A DNA stretch of 64,000 nucleotides from Planctomycetia bacterium (lineage in GTDB: Bacteria > Planctomycetota > Planctomycetia > Pirellulales > PNKZ01). The notes under the pieces were generated by a model that did not search any database, was not told the origin of the DNA, and saw nothing but the letters and a program-made list of their open reading frames with translations. The DNA lies in assembly GCA_021413845.1 (NCBI GenBank), contig JAIOPP010000095.1, positions 5,993 through 69,992 on the forward strand, in the 5' to 3' direction. The position numbers were made by a program, and so were the translations under genes. Positions 20,154 through 30,032 of the stretch are shown here, one piece after another; positions within the stretch are counted from its first letter, which is position 1; the number at the start of each line of letters is the position of its first letter.

Positions 20154-21581
20154 TTAAGGGGCCGTGGCTTTCAGGAGTTTGCCAACATGATTAACGATGG
20201 TCTCTTCGACCGTCGGTGCGAAGGGGCCCGGCATGACGGGCTTGGTGCCGTACGACATCGCTCGTTCGGCCTCGTAGCCTCCTTCGAGCAAGACACGCTT
20301 GCTCGGAACGTAAGCGAAGACGTCGTTGCAATAGCCCGCGACCCAGACGGCGGCCGGCCCGGCGAGCTCGCGCTTGAAACGGAGCGAAAAGTCGACGACG
20401 GTTTCGCCGGACAAGCCGATCAGCAGCAGGTCGTCGCCGAAGCGGACGACCTGCGCCGGAAACGGATACGACTTGATGAGCGTTCCTTTTTCGAGGCACG
20501 CGAGGCGGCGTTGGTCCCATTCGAGCAGATACGAACCTTGCGACTTGGGGTACTCGGCTTTCGTGGCGATGCGGGCCTTCAAGCGCTCGATGGACGGCGG
20601 CGGCTGAAAGTCGAGCGCGACGGAGTCGTAAGCGAGCCGCAGCGGACCGCGCACCGGCCGCGACTTCGCTTCCAGCGCCGCTTCGACCGCGAGCGCCAAC
20701 GACCGGCCATGCTGCTCGCTATATTCCGGCTTGAAGCGCGGGTAGCCGTTCTGATCGCCGCCGCAGCCCAGCATGAACAGCGCGACGACGTTCGGGTGCT
20801 TGGCTTCGATCGCGTGCTGCGCAGTGCCGGCGTAGTCGCCGTGGAAGCGTTTGAAGTTCAGCGTCGTGTTGTGGCAGGCATAGCCGAAGAGAACCGCCCG
20901 AAGCACGCCGTCGGGCGATTCGACCTTGAGGACCGGCACGTCATGGTCGACGACCCCGTCGGGATTCGGGCGGTTGAGATACAACTCGGGATCGCCCGGC
21001 TCTGCTTTCAAGCGGCGGTTCATTGCGAAGCCGCAACGGGCGTGGCCGTAGCGCAGCTGCGCGGGGGCCAGCTCGGCGAGGGCCGTGTCGATGAGCTGCG
21101 AGAGCTTTGCGACCAGCGTGCGGTTATAGCGACGGCACATCGCCGCGCGCTCCGGGGCAATTGCAGCGAGCTCCTCCTCGGAGAAGCGAAGCTCCGGGCC
21201 GCAGTGCGTGTGCGAACAGTTGACCAGCAACGACTCGCGCGGCAACTTGTGTTTCGCGGCGACGTATTTTTCGAGCTCTTCGCGCAACAGAATCGGCACG
21301 TCGAGCAGATCGAGCGTGACGATCACGAGCCGGGTCTTCGTCGCACCGTCTTCGATCGCCAGCGCTTTGGCTGCGAGGTCGAGTGCGGTTCCCTCGGCCG
21401 GGACGACCCGATTGCCGAAGCCGGCGAGATACATCGGCTCGTCGGGCGTGACCGAGACCTTCGCCGCGGCGGCTCGCCAAGCGCTCTCGTTCTCGGCGGC
21501 ACGCGCCACGACCGCGAAGGCCGGCAGCCAGGCGAGCGCAAGAAGTCCGATCTGCAGCCGACGCGAAGTGAGCGCATTCAT
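20154..21581 (-). CDS. secreted neutral/alkaline-ceramidase-N-domain-like hydrolase
   Basis: Track ORF 20154..21896; I use the ATG at 21581 (MNALTSRRLQIGLLALAWLPAFAVVARA signal peptide). It has LAGFG... and the NCSHTHCGPE motif. Confidence 0.55.
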   Translation of the reverse strand: MNALTSRRLQIGLLALAWLPAFAVVARAAENESAWRAAAAKVSVTPDEPMYLAGFGNRVVPAEGTALDLAAKALAIEDGATKTRLVIVTLDLLDVPILLREELEKYVAAKHKLPRESLLVNCSHTHCGPELRFSEEELAAIAPERAAMCRRYNRTLVAKLSQLIDTALAELAPAQLRYGHARCGFAMNRRLKAEPGDPELYLNRPNPDGVVDHDVPVLKVESPDGVLRAVLFGYACHNTTLNFKRFHGDYAGTAQHAIEAKHPNVVALFMLGCGGDQNGYPRFKPEYSEQHGRSLALAVEAALEAKSRPVRGPLRLAYDSVALDFQPPPSIERLKARIATKAEYPKSQGSYLLEWDQRRLACLEKGTLIKSYPFPAQVVRFGDDLLLIGLSGETVVDFSLRFKRELAGPAAVWVAGYCNDVFAYVPSKRVLLEGGYEAERAMSYGTKPVMPGPFAPTVEETIVNHVGKLLKATAP

Positions 21582-21712
21582 GGCGGGGAATCCAGCGGGG
21601 GGCTTGCGAAGCGGGGAGTCGGCAGCAAAGCACGGCAGGAAGCACAAGCGGCGAGCGGCTTTATTGTGCGAAGGATTCGCGCCGGACACAACCGAAGCGG
21701 GACGAGCGCCGG

Positions 21713-21910
21713 TTAGCTCGCGGCCGCATCGAGCCGGCGACGGACTTCGCGCACGATCTCGTCGATCTGATACGGCGGCAGGTTCGGCGGTTCTTTTTCG
21801 AGCTTGGCTCGCCATTCGACTAAGAGCTTCTGCTTCGCGCCGTTCTTCGGCTCGCGGTTCGTCTCGTCGACGATCTTGGCGATGATCGGCTCCCAATCTT
21901 TAAGGCCCAT
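21713..21910 (-). CDS. small hypothetical protein (65 aa)
   Basis: Internal ATG at 21910 (MGLKDWEPIIAKIVDETNREPK...). The sequence is charged and helical-looking. No family. Confidence 0.4.
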   Translation of the reverse strand: MGLKDWEPIIAKIVDETNREPKNGAKQKLLVEWRAKLEKEPPNLPPYQIDEIVREVRRRLDAAAS

Positions 21911-22213
21911 CGACGGTGTTGCTTTCTGCTCTCGGCACGGCGGCGCGATCGTCGAATGCGCGGAAGAGCGCTCGCCGAGGCCTGTGGGAAAAATCACTGA
22001 TGTACGGCAAATGATACCAGACGGCGCCGCGCAAAGCGCCTAGCTAACCTCACGGCCCAGCCCGATTTCCCGCACCGGCTCCACCGCGCGATCCTCGACG
22101 GGTCCTCTGCGGCGGCGGCGTACGGCGGCGTTTGCTTGCTCGTGAAATATCCGTCTGCTAGTTTCTGCGTAGCAACCTGGCACATACAGCACCACACCTC
22201 GAGGTTTCCGGCG

Positions 22214-22684
22214 ATGGGGTTCCTGCAAACCGTCAAGAACTGGTTGAATATCGGGGGCGTGAGCGTGAAGCTGCAGGGGGTCAACCCGCGGATTTCGCGC
22301 TCGGGCCGCTCCCTCGACGGCCGCGTGGTGCTCACGTCGAAAGGGGAGAAGCTCGTCCTGAGCCTCACCTATCGGCTCATCATGAAGGTCACGAAGAAGA
22401 AGCACGACGCCGACGAGAAGGAAGAGACGCAACACACCCTCTCCGAGATCGTCCACGACGAGCAGTTCGAAATGACGACGGGCGAAACCAAAACCATCCC
22501 GTTCTCGCTCCCCTACGTGTTCGAAGAACGCCTGCAAGACCGCGGCGGCTTCCTGGGCACGCTCGGCAAACTCGGCGCCTTCGCCAACGACGAGAAAGAA
22601 GAATACTTCCTCACGGCCCTGTGCGACGTCAAAGGAACCGCGCTCGATCCGATGGCTCGGGTTGATTTGGTGTTGGTCGACTGA
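22214..22684 (+). CDS. Spo0M-like (arrestin-fold) protein
   Basis: ATG at 22214. The N-terminus MGFLQTVKNWLNIGGVSVKLQGV...LDGRVVLTSKGEKLVLSL matches the SpoOM family N-terminal pattern as I remember it. Confidence 0.55.
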   Translation: MGFLQTVKNWLNIGGVSVKLQGVNPRISRSGRSLDGRVVLTSKGEKLVLSLTYRLIMKVTKKKHDADEKEETQHTLSEIVHDEQFEMTTGETKTIPFSLPYVFEERLQDRGGFLGTLGKLGAFANDEKEEYFLTALCDVKGTALDPMARVDLVLVD

Positions 22685-22708
22685 GGCCGGCGACAAACAC
22701 TTCTGCGC

Positions 22709-23047
22709 TCAGGGAAACACGAACGAGCGGGTCGCCGGATCGAACCAGAGCGTGGCGCTCCCGACGTGCAACGTCACGCGATCCGACCGTGGGTCGACGT
22801 CGATCCACGGATTGTCGACGCCGATCTCTCCGACCGTGCCGAGCCTGGTGACGCTCCGCGCCTTTTGCTCGGTGGCGGAAGCGTAGAGCGTGCCGTCGTC
22901 GTCGGTCAGGCGAAACGTGATCGTCGCGTCGTCGAACTTCGCGGTCCGCTTCGCCAGCGTCTTCGGCTCGAAAGCAAACACCAGAAACGAACTCACCCCG
23001 AGCACCAAACCAACAGCCAGAGTTAACCAGAGCCAACGTTTCAGCAT
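22709..23047 (-). CDS. hypothetical N-terminally membrane-anchored protein
   Basis: 112 aa, with the TM/signal segment MLKRWLWLTLAVGLVLGVSSFLVFAF. It ends 2 nt from the htpG stop region, in the same orientation. Confidence 0.5.
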   Translation of the reverse strand: MLKRWLWLTLAVGLVLGVSSFLVFAFEPKTLAKRTAKFDDATITFRLTDDDGTLYASATEQKARSVTRLGTVGEIGVDNPWIDVDPRSDRVTLHVGSATLWFDPATRSFVFP

Positions 23048-23049
23048 AA

Positions 23050-24993
23050 CTATCCCGGCCCGTTCTTCAGCTTCGCGGCGTCCTCCAAGATCTGGTTCAT
23101 GCGTTCGACCAGTTTGTGCGGGTCGGTAAGGTAGCCGTCGACGAGCATCGCTCCTTCGAAGAGTTGCTCCGCGGCTCGTTCGACGAACGGGTCTCGGCCG
23201 TCTTTCGCGACGAGCTCCGTTAGGCTTTTGATCAACGGGTGCGAGGGGTTCAGCTCCATCACCCGTTGCGGCAGGTCGGAGCTTTTGTTCATCATCCGCA
23301 TCAGCTTGTCGATGTGGCCCGAGGGTTGGCGGTCGTCGCTTACTAAGCAGGCCGGGCTGTCGACGAGGCGTTCGCTGGTGCGGACGTCGGTCACGCGCGG
23401 GCCGAGGATCTCCTTGAAGCGCGCGCTGAGCAAGCCGATGTCGGCCCGCTTGGCGATGTCTTCCGGCTTGTCCGCGGCTTCATCTTTGCCGAGCCCTTTC
23501 AGGTCGTCGGCCTTTACTTGATCGGCCGAGATGAGCTGCTTGCCGTCGTAGTTGCCGGCGCTGCCGATGACGAATTCGTCGGCCATCTCTTGCAGATACA
23601 GAACTTCGATCCCGCGCTTGCGGAACAGCTCTAAGCGCGGGTCGCGCAGCAAGGCCGCACGGCTCGGGCCCGAGAGATAGTAGATGGCCTTTTGCTCGGC
23701 GGGCATCGCGGCGGCGTAGTCTTTCAGGCCGATGAGGCCTTTGTCGTCGTCGTGGCGCGAGGAATTGAAGCGGAGCAGGTCTTGGAACTTTTGGCGGTAG
23801 GCGAAGTCGCTATAGCCTTCCTTGAAGATCCGGCCGAACTTCTCCCAGAATTGCCGATATTCTTCCGGTTGCTTCTCGGCCAATTCCAGCAGCTTGTCGA
23901 GCAGCCGGCCGGTGAGGGTGTCGCGAATCTTGCCGACGAGGCGGTTCTCTTGCAGCGTCTCGCGAGAGACGTTGAGCGGCAAGTCGTCGGACTCGACGAC
24001 CCCGCGCACGAAGCGCAAATAGTTCGGCAGCAGGTTCTTGTTCTCGCTGTCGATGAGGACGCGCTTCACATAGAGCTGCAGGCTCACTTCCGTTCGGCCG
24101 AACCCGAGCGTTTCGTGATTGGAGCGCGGCACGAAGAGGAGCGCGGAGTATTGCAACGGCGCGTCGACCGAGAAATGCAGCCGGAGGAGCGGGTCTTCGT
24201 CGTCGTGGCTAATGAGCTTGAAGAACTCGTTGTACTGTTCGTCTTTCACTTGCGACGCCGGCTCGCGCCAGAGGGCCGAGGTTTGATTCGTCTGCTCGCC
24301 GTTGACGAGAATCGGGAACGGTACGAAGTTCGAATAGCGGCGGATCGTCTCTTGCAGCGTGTGTTCATCGGCGAAGCGATCTTCGCTCGGCTTAAGGTGG
24401 ATTTCGATCCGCGTGCCGCGCGGCACTTCCCCCACGGCCGGCTCGACGACGTAGCTCCCCATGCCGTCGCTCGTCCAGACGATCGCCGGCTCGTCGGGCT
24501 TCGCGCTGCGGGTCGTGAGCACGATCCGCTCGGCGACCATGAACACGCTATAGAAGCCGACGCCGAAGCGACCGATGAGGCTTACATCTTTCTGAGCCGC
24601 CTCCTTCCCTTCGGCCGCGAGTTGCTGGAGGAACGCCGTAGCACCGCTATGGGCGATCGTGCCGATATTGGCATGCACCTCGGCCTCGGTCATGCCGATG
24701 CCGGTGTCGACGATCGCCAGCACCTTGCGCTCGCCGGCGGGGGCTCCTTCCGCAGCGGCTTCCGTCCGGGTCTCCAGCTTGATCTCGAGCGGCAGGTCGG
24801 CATCGACCACCGGTTGGCCGGAAGCCTGGAGGAAGCGAACCTTTTCGATCGCATCGGTCGAGTTGGAAATGAGCTCGCGAAGGAACACGTCTTTCGACGT
24901 GTAGACCGAATGGATCAGGATATCGAGCAGCTGCTTGATCTCGGCCTTGAATTCGTGCGGCTGAGCGACAGGGGGATTGGCGGCGGTGGTCAT
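23050..24993 (-). CDS. htpG: molecular chaperone HtpG (Hsp90)
   Basis: 647 aa. It has the GHKL N-box FLRELISNSTDAIEKVRF and Hsp90 length and organisation. Confidence 0.95.
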   Translation of the reverse strand: MTTAANPPVAQPHEFKAEIKQLLDILIHSVYTSKDVFLRELISNSTDAIEKVRFLQASGQPVVDADLPLEIKLETRTEAAAEGAPAGERKVLAIVDTGIGMTEAEVHANIGTIAHSGATAFLQQLAAEGKEAAQKDVSLIGRFGVGFYSVFMVAERIVLTTRSAKPDEPAIVWTSDGMGSYVVEPAVGEVPRGTRIEIHLKPSEDRFADEHTLQETIRRYSNFVPFPILVNGEQTNQTSALWREPASQVKDEQYNEFFKLISHDDEDPLLRLHFSVDAPLQYSALLFVPRSNHETLGFGRTEVSLQLYVKRVLIDSENKNLLPNYLRFVRGVVESDDLPLNVSRETLQENRLVGKIRDTLTGRLLDKLLELAEKQPEEYRQFWEKFGRIFKEGYSDFAYRQKFQDLLRFNSSRHDDDKGLIGLKDYAAAMPAEQKAIYYLSGPSRAALLRDPRLELFRKRGIEVLYLQEMADEFVIGSAGNYDGKQLISADQVKADDLKGLGKDEAADKPEDIAKRADIGLLSARFKEILGPRVTDVRTSERLVDSPACLVSDDRQPSGHIDKLMRMMNKSSDLPQRVMELNPSHPLIKSLTELVAKDGRDPFVERAAEQLFEGAMLVDGYLTDPHKLVERMNQILEDAAKLKNGPG

Positions 24994-25140
24994 GGTTCGG
25001 AAGCCGGTACGGGTGAGAACGGAAAGTCGAAGACCGTCGGGAGCATGCTCGCTCGGAGGCGAGAACCCGTTATTTTGTCGGCCGAGGTCCGGGCCGTCAA
25101 ATCATGCGTGGTCCGGTCGAGCGAACCCGGGCTGCCGGCG

Positions 25141-25183
25141 AAAAAAATCTCGGCGCAAAGGCTAACCCTCCGGCAGCGCGAGA
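25141..25183 (-). terminator. terminator-like hairpin plus T7 run on the htpG-sense strand, inside the htpG upstream region
   Basis: On the minus strand, TCTCGCGC (25183..25176) pairs with GCGCCGAGA (25156..25148; one bulged base) across a 19-nt loop. It is followed by TTTTTTT (25147..25141). Confidence 0.35.
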
Positions 25184-25268
25184 GGTTAAGATTCCGCTGA
25201 CCGATTTTCGGACCGCTCCCCCCTGGGTTCCCTTTCCCACACGCCGCCCTTCCCTCCGGAAAAGAATT

Positions 25269-28200
25269 ATGCCTTCGACGTTTGCCGCTTCCTCGCGTGC
25301 CTCGCTGTTCACGCTCTCGTTGTTCTCGCTGGCCTCCTTGGCGATGGCTGCCGATCAGCTGCCGGTGGTCAAGCCCGATGCGGTAAAGCAGATCGCGGCT
25401 GCGAAGCAGGAGACGGCCAAGCCTGTCGCACCGGCCGACAACCGCTACACGCAAAAGCCCGAGATCGCCGCGTCGAACGAAGCGATCGCAAAGCCCGCTG
25501 CGGCTGCGGCGACCGGCTCTTCGCCGTTTCTCGCTGGTCCGAAGCCGTCGTGGATCTGGGGCCCGGACGTGAACAAGAAATACGTCGTACGGAAGAAGTA
25601 TTCGGGCGATGTGAAGTCGGCCGTGCTGAAATTGTCGTGCGATAACTTAGCGACGATCTACATCAACGGCCGCAACGCCTACGTGAGCAACGATTGGCAC
25701 GACGCGCCGGAAATCGACGTGACGGGCAAATCGATTCAGCCGGTGAATGTGGTCGAAGCGGAGATCAGCAACCAAGGGGACACCGCCGGGTTCGTTTTCA
25801 AAATGATCGTGACTAAGAACGACGGCACCGTCGAGTACGTCGTCAGCGACGACAGCTGGGAAATCGCCGACGCCCGCGACTCGACGGAGTGGAGCAAAGC
25901 CAAGATCGTCGCCGCGTACGGCAGCGGGCCGTGGGGCGAAGTCCTGAGCGGTCCGTCGCAGGCCGTGGTCGCGAATCAATCGCTGTTCAATGTGCCGGCC
26001 GGTTTTCAGGTCGAGAAGTTGTTCACCGTGCCGAAGGAGTTGCTCGGCTCCTGGGTGAACATCGCGACGGATAACAAAGGCCGGCTCATCGTGAGCGATC
26101 AAGGAAACTTGGGCCTGTGCCGAGTCACGCCGCCGAAGCTCGGCAGCCAAGACGAAACTCAGGTCGAGCGGCTCGATATTAAGTTCGAAGGGAAGCAAAT
26201 GTCGGGCGCGCAGGGCTTGCTCTGGGCCTTCGACGCGCTCTACGTCTGCTGCAACGGCGGACCGGGAAGCGGCCTCTATCGCTTGAAAGACACGAACGGC
26301 GACGATCAGTTCGATGAAGTCGTTAGGCTGAAAGACTTCCGGGGCGGCGGCGAGCATGGGCCGCACGCGATTCGCCTCGCTCCCGACGGCAAATCGATCT
26401 ACCTCGTCGCCGGCAACCACACGCTGCCGCCGTTTCAGTTGAAAACCAACAGCCCGATCCAAACCATGGGGGGCGCACGAACCGAACAACTACACGCCAC
26501 GCTGCCCGAAGGAGCGACGAGCCGCATCGCCCCGAACTGGGATGAAGACTCGCTCCTCCCGCGCCAATGGGACTCGAACGGCCACGCGGCCGGCATCGTC
26601 GCTCCCGGCGGTTGGATCGCGAAGACCGATCCGGACGGCAAAGCCTGGGAAATGTTCTCCGTCGGCTATCGCAACCAATACGACTTCGCCTTCAACGGCG
26701 ACGGCGAAATGTTCGCTTACGACTCGGACATGGAATGGGACATGGGCTCCCCTTGGTACCGGCCGACGCGAGTCTTACACGCTACGAGCGGCAGCGAATT
26801 CGGCTGGCGCAGCGGCACGGCCAACTGGCCGGCGTACTACGTCGATAGCTTGCCGCAACTGATCGACATCGGGCCCGGGTCTCCCGTCGGCGTCGAATTC
26901 GGCTACGGCGCGAAGTTCCCCGCGAAGTATCAGAAGGCGCTCTTCATCTGCGACTGGACCTTCGCCACGATGTACGCCATCCACATGGTTCCCGACGGCG
27001 CAAGCTACAAGGCCGTGAAGGAGGAGTTCGTCGCCCGCAACGCGCTACCGCTCACCGATGTGACCATCGGCACCGACGGCGCGATGTACTTCACCGTCGG
27101 CGGGCGCGGCACGCAAAGCGAACTGTTCCGCGTGACGTACGTCGGCACGGAATCGACCGCGCCGGTCGATCGCCAAGAAGCGGCCGGAGCCGAATTGCGT
27201 GCGCTTCGTCGCAGCATCGAAGCCTACCATCGGGCCGATGTCGAAGACGCCGCGAAGGCTGCGGCGTTTCTCGTTCCCCACTTAGGACACGCCGATCAAC
27301 ACATTCGCTACGCGGCCCGCGTGGCGCTGGAGCGGTTGCCGCTCGCCGCGTGGCAAGAGCAAGTGCTCGCTTCCGACGATGCCGAAACGGTCATCATCGG
27401 GGTCGTCGGGCTCGCGCGCACCGCCGATACGCCAGCGCAACCGAAGCTCCTCGCCGCGCTGGATAAGCTCAACTACGCGAAGCTCACCGAGCCGCAACAG
27501 GTCGAGCTATTGCGAGCCTATCAGCTCGTCTTCATCCGTCTCGGCCTGCCCGACGAGGGCGTGCGTAGCGTGCTTGGTGCGAAGTTCGATGCGTTATTCC
27601 CCGGCGTATCGAACGCACACAACCAAGAACTCGCGATCCTCATGGTCGCGATGGGGTCGCCGGGAGCGGCTGCGAAGCTGATGCCGATGTTGAGCAAGGA
27701 GCCCGGCGCAGCGGCGACGGTCTCGTCCGATCTTTTGGCCCGCAACAAGGGCTACGGCGGCAGCATCGCGACGATGCTCGCCAACCATCCCGACCTGCAG
27801 CAATATCAATTGGCCTTCACGTTGCGCAACCTGAAAAACGGTTGGACACCTGAGCAACGCAAAGAGTATTTCTCGTGGTTCGAGAAGGCACGCAAATGGA
27901 GCGGCGGCAACAGCTACCAAAAGTTCCTCACCAACATCGACAATGACGCCTTCGCGAATGCGACCGACGCCGAGCGGCTGATGCTTGAGTCGTTGAAGGT
28001 GCGCAAGCCGTACGTCGTGCCGCCGTTGCCGAAGCCGAAGGGCCCCGGCCGCGATTATCCGGCGGCCGAGATCGTCGAGCTCTCGAACGCGAAGCTCAAA
28101 GGCCGCAACTTCAAGAACGGTCAGCAAATGTACGCGGCGGCGCGCTGCGTCGTTTGCCATCGCTTCGGCGGCGACGGCGGCTCGACCGGTCCGGACCTGA

Positions 28201-28547
28201 CGCAGCTCGCCGGCCGCTTCAACGTGAAGGATCTCACCGATTCGATCGTCGACCCGAGCAAGGTGATCTCCGACCAGTACAAAGCCTCGGTCGTCGAAAC
28301 CAAAGACGGCAAGACCTACACCGGCCGAATCGTCAGCGATGCGAAAGACACGATCACGCTGGTCGTCGATCCCGAGAACTCGTCGAAGGTCTTAGAGATC
28401 AAGAAGTCGGAGATCGAGCAACAGAGCCCGTCGTCGGTGTCGCTGATGCCGAAGGACTTGCTCAAGACGTTGAACGAAAACGAACTTCTCGACTTGATGG
28501 CCTACCTGCTCTCGCGCGGCAACCCGCAAGACGCGATGTTTAAGTAA
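25269..28547 (+). CDS. Pirellula/Verrucomicrobium-type membrane-bound-dehydrogenase-domain protein with C-terminal c-type haem domain
   Basis: Track ORF 25104..28547; the ATG at 25269 gives the signal peptide MPSTFAASSRASLFTLSLFSLASLAMA. The protein has a propeller-like centre, a HEAT-like region, and CVVCHRFGGDGGSTGPDL near the C-terminus. Confidence 0.7.
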   Translation: MPSTFAASSRASLFTLSLFSLASLAMAADQLPVVKPDAVKQIAAAKQETAKPVAPADNRYTQKPEIAASNEAIAKPAAAAATGSSPFLAGPKPSWIWGPDVNKKYVVRKKYSGDVKSAVLKLSCDNLATIYINGRNAYVSNDWHDAPEIDVTGKSIQPVNVVEAEISNQGDTAGFVFKMIVTKNDGTVEYVVSDDSWEIADARDSTEWSKAKIVAAYGSGPWGEVLSGPSQAVVANQSLFNVPAGFQVEKLFTVPKELLGSWVNIATDNKGRLIVSDQGNLGLCRVTPPKLGSQDETQVERLDIKFEGKQMSGAQGLLWAFDALYVCCNGGPGSGLYRLKDTNGDDQFDEVVRLKDFRGGGEHGPHAIRLAPDGKSIYLVAGNHTLPPFQLKTNSPIQTMGGARTEQLHATLPEGATSRIAPNWDEDSLLPRQWDSNGHAAGIVAPGGWIAKTDPDGKAWEMFSVGYRNQYDFAFNGDGEMFAYDSDMEWDMGSPWYRPTRVLHATSGSEFGWRSGTANWPAYYVDSLPQLIDIGPGSPVGVEFGYGAKFPAKYQKALFICDWTFATMYAIHMVPDGASYKAVKEEFVARNALPLTDVTIGTDGAMYFTVGGRGTQSELFRVTYVGTESTAPVDRQEAAGAELRALRRSIEAYHRADVEDAAKAAAFLVPHLGHADQHIRYAARVALERLPLAAWQEQVLASDDAETVIIGVVGLARTADTPAQPKLLAALDKLNYAKLTEPQQVELLRAYQLVFIRLGLPDEGVRSVLGAKFDALFPGVSNAHNQELAILMVAMGSPGAAAKLMPMLSKEPGAAATVSSDLLARNKGYGGSIATMLANHPDLQQYQLAFTLRNLKNGWTPEQRKEYFSWFEKARKWSGGNSYQKFLTNIDNDAFANATDAERLMLESLKVRKPYVVPPLPKPKGPGRDYPAAEIVELSNAKLKGRNFKNGQQMYAAARCVVCHRFGGDGGSTGPDLTQLAGRFNVKDLTDSIVDPSKVISDQYKASVVETKDGKTYTGRIVSDAKDTITLVVDPENSSKVLEIKKSEIEQQSPSSVSLMPKDLLKTLNENELLDLMAYLLSRGNPQDAMFK

Positions 28548-28606
28548 GAGTTTCGTCCACGACGAACGACCCTGCCCGCCCAAGAAACCCTGCCAGGAGC
28601 TTCGCT

Positions 28607-29956
28607 ATGTCGCTGCGCGCGTCTCGTCGTACGTTCGTGAAATCGCTCGCCGCCGCCGGCGCCGCGGTTTCGTTTCCGGCAGCGAGTTGGGCCCGAGTCG
28701 CCGGGGCGAACGAGCGGTTGAACATCGCGAGCATCGGCACGGGAGGCAAAGGCTGGAGCGATCTGACCGGCGTCGCCGCGAGCCCTGCGGTCGGCGTCGT
28801 CGCGCTCTGCAACATCGACAACTCGAAGCCGCACCTCGGCCAAGCGGCCGAAAAGTATCCGCAAGCGAAGTGCTACGCCGATTGGCGCAAAACGCTCGAC
28901 GACGCGAAGCAATTCGATGCCGTCCTCGTCTCGACGCCCGACCACATGCACGCTCCGATCGGGCTCGCCGCCATGCAACTCGGCAAGCACGTCTTCTGCC
29001 AGAAGCCCCTTACGCACACGCTGCACGAAGCCCGCCAGATGACGCTCGCCGCGCGGAAGCACGGCGTCGTCACGCAGATGGGGAACCAGATCCAATCGTT
29101 CGAGGCTTACCGCACCGCGGTCGCGATCGTGCAGGCCGGGCTCATCGGCAAGGTGAAGGCCGTGCATTCGTGGCAAGGGGGCATCCCGCGCTGGCCGCGC
29201 GCGCTCGATCGCCCGGCGGCGTCCGATCCGGTTCCTGCCGGCGTCGAATGGGACTTGTGGCTCGGCGTAGCGCCGGAGCGGCCGTTCGTGAAGGGGATGT
29301 ACCACTCGTTCAATTGGCGCGGCTGGCAAGATTTCGGCACCGGCCAACTCGGCGACTTCGGTTGCCACATCCTCGACCCGGTCTTCAAAGCCCTCCACCT
29401 CACGGCCCCCTTGAGCGCGCAAGCCGAGGCCCCGGAGATGAACAAGGAATCGTGGACGAAGTGGGCCACGGTGCGCTATGTGTTTCCGAAGACCGAGTAC
29501 ACGGCCGGCGAAACGCTGCCGCTCACCTGGTACGACGGCGACGGCATCACCGCGCCGCGCGAACTGCTCGGCGATATTCCGGCAAGCTTCAAGCTCCCCG
29601 GCTCCGGCTCGGCGCTCGTCGGCGAAAAGGGCACGCTCGTCGTGCCTCACGTCGCGCTGCCGAAGCTGTTCCCGGAAGAGAAGTTCTCGGCCGCCGACGT
29701 GCCGAAGGTCGGTGCGGTCGATCATTACGTGCAGTTCGCCGATGCTTGCCGCGGCGTCGGGAAAACGACTTCGCACTTCGACTACGCCGGCCCGCTGACG
29801 GAAGCGGTCATGCTCGGCACAATCGCCGTGCGGCTGCCGAAGCAAGAACTACTGTGGGACGCCGCGGCTTTGAAAGTCACGAACTCCGCTGCGGCGCAAC
29901 AATTGGTCTCGAAGCCCTATCGCAAAGGCTGGGAACCGAGTTGGCTCGGGTTGTAG
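28607..29956 (+). CDS. Gfo/Idh/MocA-family oxidoreductase with Tat signal
   Basis: AGGAG lies 7 nt upstream of the ATG. Tat motif SRRTFVKSLAAAGAA, and the Rossmann start LNIASIGTGGKG. Confidence 0.8.
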   Translation: MSLRASRRTFVKSLAAAGAAVSFPAASWARVAGANERLNIASIGTGGKGWSDLTGVAASPAVGVVALCNIDNSKPHLGQAAEKYPQAKCYADWRKTLDDAKQFDAVLVSTPDHMHAPIGLAAMQLGKHVFCQKPLTHTLHEARQMTLAARKHGVVTQMGNQIQSFEAYRTAVAIVQAGLIGKVKAVHSWQGGIPRWPRALDRPAASDPVPAGVEWDLWLGVAPERPFVKGMYHSFNWRGWQDFGTGQLGDFGCHILDPVFKALHLTAPLSAQAEAPEMNKESWTKWATVRYVFPKTEYTAGETLPLTWYDGDGITAPRELLGDIPASFKLPGSGSALVGEKGTLVVPHVALPKLFPEEKFSAADVPKVGAVDHYVQFADACRGVGKTTSHFDYAGPLTEAVMLGTIAVRLPKQELLWDAAALKVTNSAAAQQLVSKPYRKGWEPSWLGL

Positions 29957-30000
29957 AGTTTGCCGCAGCCGCAGTTCGCCCGACTTCTTGCGCCTGCGGC

Positions 30001-30020
30001 GCACGGACATTTGTCCGTGC
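30001..30020. terminator. GC hairpin between convergent genes (weak terminator candidate)
   Basis: GCACGGAC-ATTT-GTCCGTGC, an 8-bp perfect stem. There is no U-tract on either strand. Confidence 0.3.
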
Positions 30021-30032
30021 CACCCCGCGGAG

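Noticed and set aside
20154-21896. Long N-terminal extensions in the ORF track for several genes (20154..21896, 25104..28547, 37686..39437, 42406..43920, 53816..54343, 56253..57023, 58572..59402, 62908..63750, 7909..8622).
   Set aside because: The extensions are Arg-rich and overlap neighbouring genes or promoters. They precede an internal ATG that yields a canonical signal peptide or family N-terminus. I trimmed the starts accordingly; the exact starts remain predictions.
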